Assembly: GCA_040752415.1 (NCBI GenBank)
Contig: JBFMGU010000205.1
Coordinates: 1-18,918, forward strand
From: Myxococcota bacterium
GTDB lineage: Bacteria > Myxococcota > JACRCW01
Direction of reading: 5' to 3'
DNA length: 18,918 nt
Part shown: positions 16,437 through 18,918 of the stretch, one piece after another
Layout: each line of letters starts with the position of its first letter
Numbering within the stretch: position 1 is the first letter of the stretch
The notes under the pieces: model-generated
What the model saw: only the letters and a program-made list of their open reading frames with translations
What the model was told of the DNA's origin: nothing
Database searches by the model: none
Translations under genes and position numbers: made by a program

Positions 16437-16943
16437 TCAGACGGGCCGAGGCATCCCACCGACGGCGTGGCGACGCTCCCAGAACGCGAACATCAGCCCC
16501 AGCGGAGCGCCGTAGAACAATGCGTGCAGCAGCGCCTGCGCGATCTGCGGGGCGTCCAGGAACCAGGGGAACAGCAGGCGCGCGAAGACCTGGAAGTTGA
16601 TCAGGTAGAGCGCGAGTCCAAAGACGAGTCCGAATCCACCCTGCGTGCTGGGACTGACCTTGGAACGCTCATTCAGATAGCCATCGATGACGCCGTAGAT
16701 CGCGCCGTAGAAGCCCGAGAGGACGAGATGCACCAGGGTGCCAACCCCGAAAGCCATCCCAATGGGAGCATCCTCAAGACCGTCGCGGCCGAGCAGGATG
16801 CTCGAGAACATGCGGAATGGCTTGAGGGGCGGGTCGCCCATCACGCTGGCGACAATCACCTCGGCGATGGCGAACAGGATGCCTGCCGCCACGCCCAAGC
16901 CGATACCTTCGACCAACGTCTTCTTGTTGGGAGTCTGTGCCAT
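16437..16943 (-). CDS. Hypothetical integral membrane protein (~4 TM, 168 aa)
   Basis: AGGAG RBS before ATG 16943; hydrophobic helices with two intramembrane His (LVHLVLS, LLHALFYG). Confidence 0.82.
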   Translation of the reverse strand: MAQTPNKKTLVEGIGLGVAAGILFAIAEVIVASVMGDPPLKPFRMFSSILLGRDGLEDAPIGMAFGVGTLVHLVLSGFYGAIYGVIDGYLNERSKVSPSTQGGFGLVFGLALYLINFQVFARLLFPWFLDAPQIAQALLHALFYGAPLGLMFAFWERRHAVGGMPRPV

Positions 16944-17178
16944 CAGCCGCTCCTGTAGGTGTTTGCTGTCGGCGACGTCCGCGGTGGGCCCCGACGGGAA
17001 CGTGGCCACGTGACAACGTAACGGTTCGTGGACACGACGCACCGGGTCTTCGCAACGCCCCGACGTGGAGGGACCGTGTCCGCGTCAACGCGAGCGTTTC
17101 CAGCGCAATCTGCACGCGCCTCGGGCGTTCACCTCCCGTCACGTTCGTGCTCACCGCCACGCTGGCTCCCGCACCCCG

Positions 17179-17880
17179 TCAATGGTGGGTCGCCGGACTC
17201 CAGCCGCTGCCGTGGCGACCCTGTTGAATCAGCGCCTCCTCACGCTCGCGGTAGTGGGCGGCCACCTGCTCGGCGGTGCGAACGCGGAGCTTGTTGTCGA
17301 TGTCCACGACGCCGCGCACCCGCTCGGCCAGCTCTTCCGCGGCACGCTTCTCCCGGCGACTGCTGACCATGCCTTGGAACGTCACGACCCCGTCCTTGAC
17401 GGTGACTTCGATGTCACTGGCGTCGAGCACGTCCTGGTAGGTCAAAGCGTCAAAGACCTCCTCGAGGATGCGCTCATCTGGACGCCGATAACCCCGCGGT
17501 CCAAGCCCGTGGTAGACGCCGCCGGTCGGCGGGGCGGTCAGGACTTCGGTCAGCTCCCTCTCCCTCCGACGGTGTTCGCGCTCCGAGAGTCGCGGGCTCC
17601 GGTCCAGGTTCTCGCGGTAGGGCCCGCTGAAGAGATCCTGGTCCCACTCCACCAGTCGATCCCGCCACGTCCAAGGGCGCGGGTGCGGGACCCCAGGCCC
17701 CCAGCGTCGCGGCCGACTGTCGACGGGCGGATTGGCGGTCGGGCGTCCCCACGCGCCCATGTGCCAAACGCGGCCGTCCTCGTCCCTGAACCAGGGTGTC
17801 TCCAGCTCGGGCATGTCCCGCTCCCGGAGATCCCACCGCCGCTCGTCGGAAGACCCACGACGTTGTTGACGAAACACCAT
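17179..17880 (-). CDS. BON domain-containing protein with a charged low-complexity N-terminus (~233 aa)
   Basis: GLGPRGYRRPDERILEEV...LDASDIEVTVKDGVVTFQGMV...EKRAAEELAERVRGVVDIDNKLRV; GGAG before ATG 17880; no signal peptide. Confidence 0.88.
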   Translation of the reverse strand: MVFRQQRRGSSDERRWDLRERDMPELETPWFRDEDGRVWHMGAWGRPTANPPVDSRPRRWGPGVPHPRPWTWRDRLVEWDQDLFSGPYRENLDRSPRLSEREHRRRERELTEVLTAPPTGGVYHGLGPRGYRRPDERILEEVFDALTYQDVLDASDIEVTVKDGVVTFQGMVSSRREKRAAEELAERVRGVVDIDNKLRVRTAEQVAAHYREREEALIQQGRHGSGWSPATHH

Positions 17881-18201
17881 GACCACTCCGCCTTCCCGGC
17901 GCGCCGTCCGCCTGGACATGGTCCACCCGAGTCGCGTGCGCTTCCCATGGCACCGCTGGTGGAGGACGTCGACGAGAGCCCGACCTGCGACGCGCCCGAC
18001 ATGGATGGTGTGGACCTATCGAGCGAATGCGCGCGGAGCAATGGCCGCGTCTGATGCGCGTGATGGCCTGGGCCGCATGATGCTGTGCCTGCACCGAAGT
18101 CGTCGTGAAACGACGCTCCGGGTACCCGCCAATGGGATTGCAGAGAACAAAACGGCTAGTCCTGTTCACCTCTCGGCGGAGGTGTCGATTCGCAGGACTT
18201 A

Positions 18202-18529
18202 GGGGCGGCGCCAGAACAATCTGCCCATTTCGTGGTGGCCGGCGAACACCTAACCCCCCACGTTCATGCCGTTGTGCTCGCCCGCCCCCCTTCCCCAGCA
18301 CCAATTTTCCGTCGTCACCGCGCCGGGGAAGGGGGGCAATCGCCAGGCGCAGTGCCCGCTTTCCGACGAGAAAGTGCTGCAGACCAATGCGTGGCCCCCC
18401 TTCCCCGCAACGGTTGACGATGGTGAGCGGGTGTGGGGAAGGGGGGCGAGTGGACGCAGTGGCGCGAACGTGGGGGGTTAGGTGTTCGCCCGCCTCGCCG
18501 ACCTGGGCAGATTGTTCGGACGCAGCCCC
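18202..18529. mobile_element. MITE/foldback or REP-doublet-like element (328 bp) flanked by TTA direct repeats
   Basis: Two 136-bp inverted arms (18202-18337 / 18394-18529; about 100/136 ungapped by hand, including a perfect 25-bp run) around a 56-bp core. Ends read TTA|GGGGC...GCCCC|TTA. Confidence 0.6.
18284..18447. repeat. Two REP-like palindromes GCCCCCCTTCCCC-N28-GGGGAAGGGGGGC
   Basis: Copies at 18284-18337 and 18394-18447 have perfect 13-bp stems and 28-nt loops, nested in the larger inverted arms. Confidence 0.85.
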
Positions 18530-18918
18530 TTACCCTGGAGGAGGCGGCGAGGGACGACCGAGCACCGATCCACTCACCGTCAGTCCTTTTGTGGGAGGGA
18601 ATGTCAACACGGATCTGCCCGTCACGTCCCACGTCCGAGCTTTGCGCTGGACATGGAGCGTCCGCCACGAGTCGGCACGCGCTTCGGGCGGCGAAATGGT
18701 GTCGAGAAATCGTGGTCAGTCCTCGCGCACCATGCTGGGTCGTCGGCGTTTCTGGGTGTTGGTTCGTTCTGCGTGTGCGTGTCGGCGGTCTTGAGCCTGG
18801 ATTTCGGGCGATCAACGTTGGGTGACACGGACTTTTCCGCAGAAGGACGATCAGGAATCTAGCTGGCGGCGCTCCGCCGCTTTGCACCTTTGAGGTGCAA
18901 CCCTGAACGGTCGCTTGA

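Noticed and set aside
18472..18482. Telomere-like GGGGGGTTAGG / G-quadruplex
   Set aside because: Single occurrence per arm of the foldback element, and the G-runs have complementary C-runs available for duplex pairing.
11273..18529. CRISPR array or retron reading of the repeat elements
   Set aside because: The repeats are inverted pairs, not direct repeat-spacer arrays, and there is no cas or reverse transcriptase gene in the window.
18105..18887. Several ORFs over the right end (18105-18794, 18315-18887, 18622-18828 and others)
   Set aside because: No motifs or convincing RBS, and most span the palindromic element; none can be supported as a gene.

Overview
GC-rich bacterial window; the Cys-rich, xCxC-lipobox exported proteins suggest Myxococcota, but this is inference. 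The left third (1-6306) looks like backbone: four minus-strand genes (a lipoprotein built on a tandem 4-Cys repeat, a multidomain Ig/PKD/YfaP-like exported protein, a gamma-carbonic anhydrase family protein and a membrane-anchored hypothetical protein), then tRNA-His(GUG) and tRNA-Arg(UCG). Downstream of tRNA-Arg is a patchwork accessory region. Intact genes there encode an FAD monooxygenase, a tandem-SRPBCC/ArsR pair, a Zn alcohol dehydrogenase, a LysR regulator, an FNR-type oxidoreductase, a SAM methyltransferase, an EamA transporter, a D-cysteine desulfhydrase-like PLP enzyme, a membrane protein and a BON-domain protein. It also holds three 3'-only gene remnants (alpha/beta hydrolase, AraC regulator, molybdopterin oxidoreductase). 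The most unusual signals are non-coding: two unrelated foldback/MITE-like elements (11273-11513, 18202-18529), each with long inverted arms around a 50-56 bp core, and a double palindrome upstream of the SRPBCC gene that could also fold into a fourU-like hairpin over the RBS. No integrase, transposase, CRISPR array or rRNA was seen.
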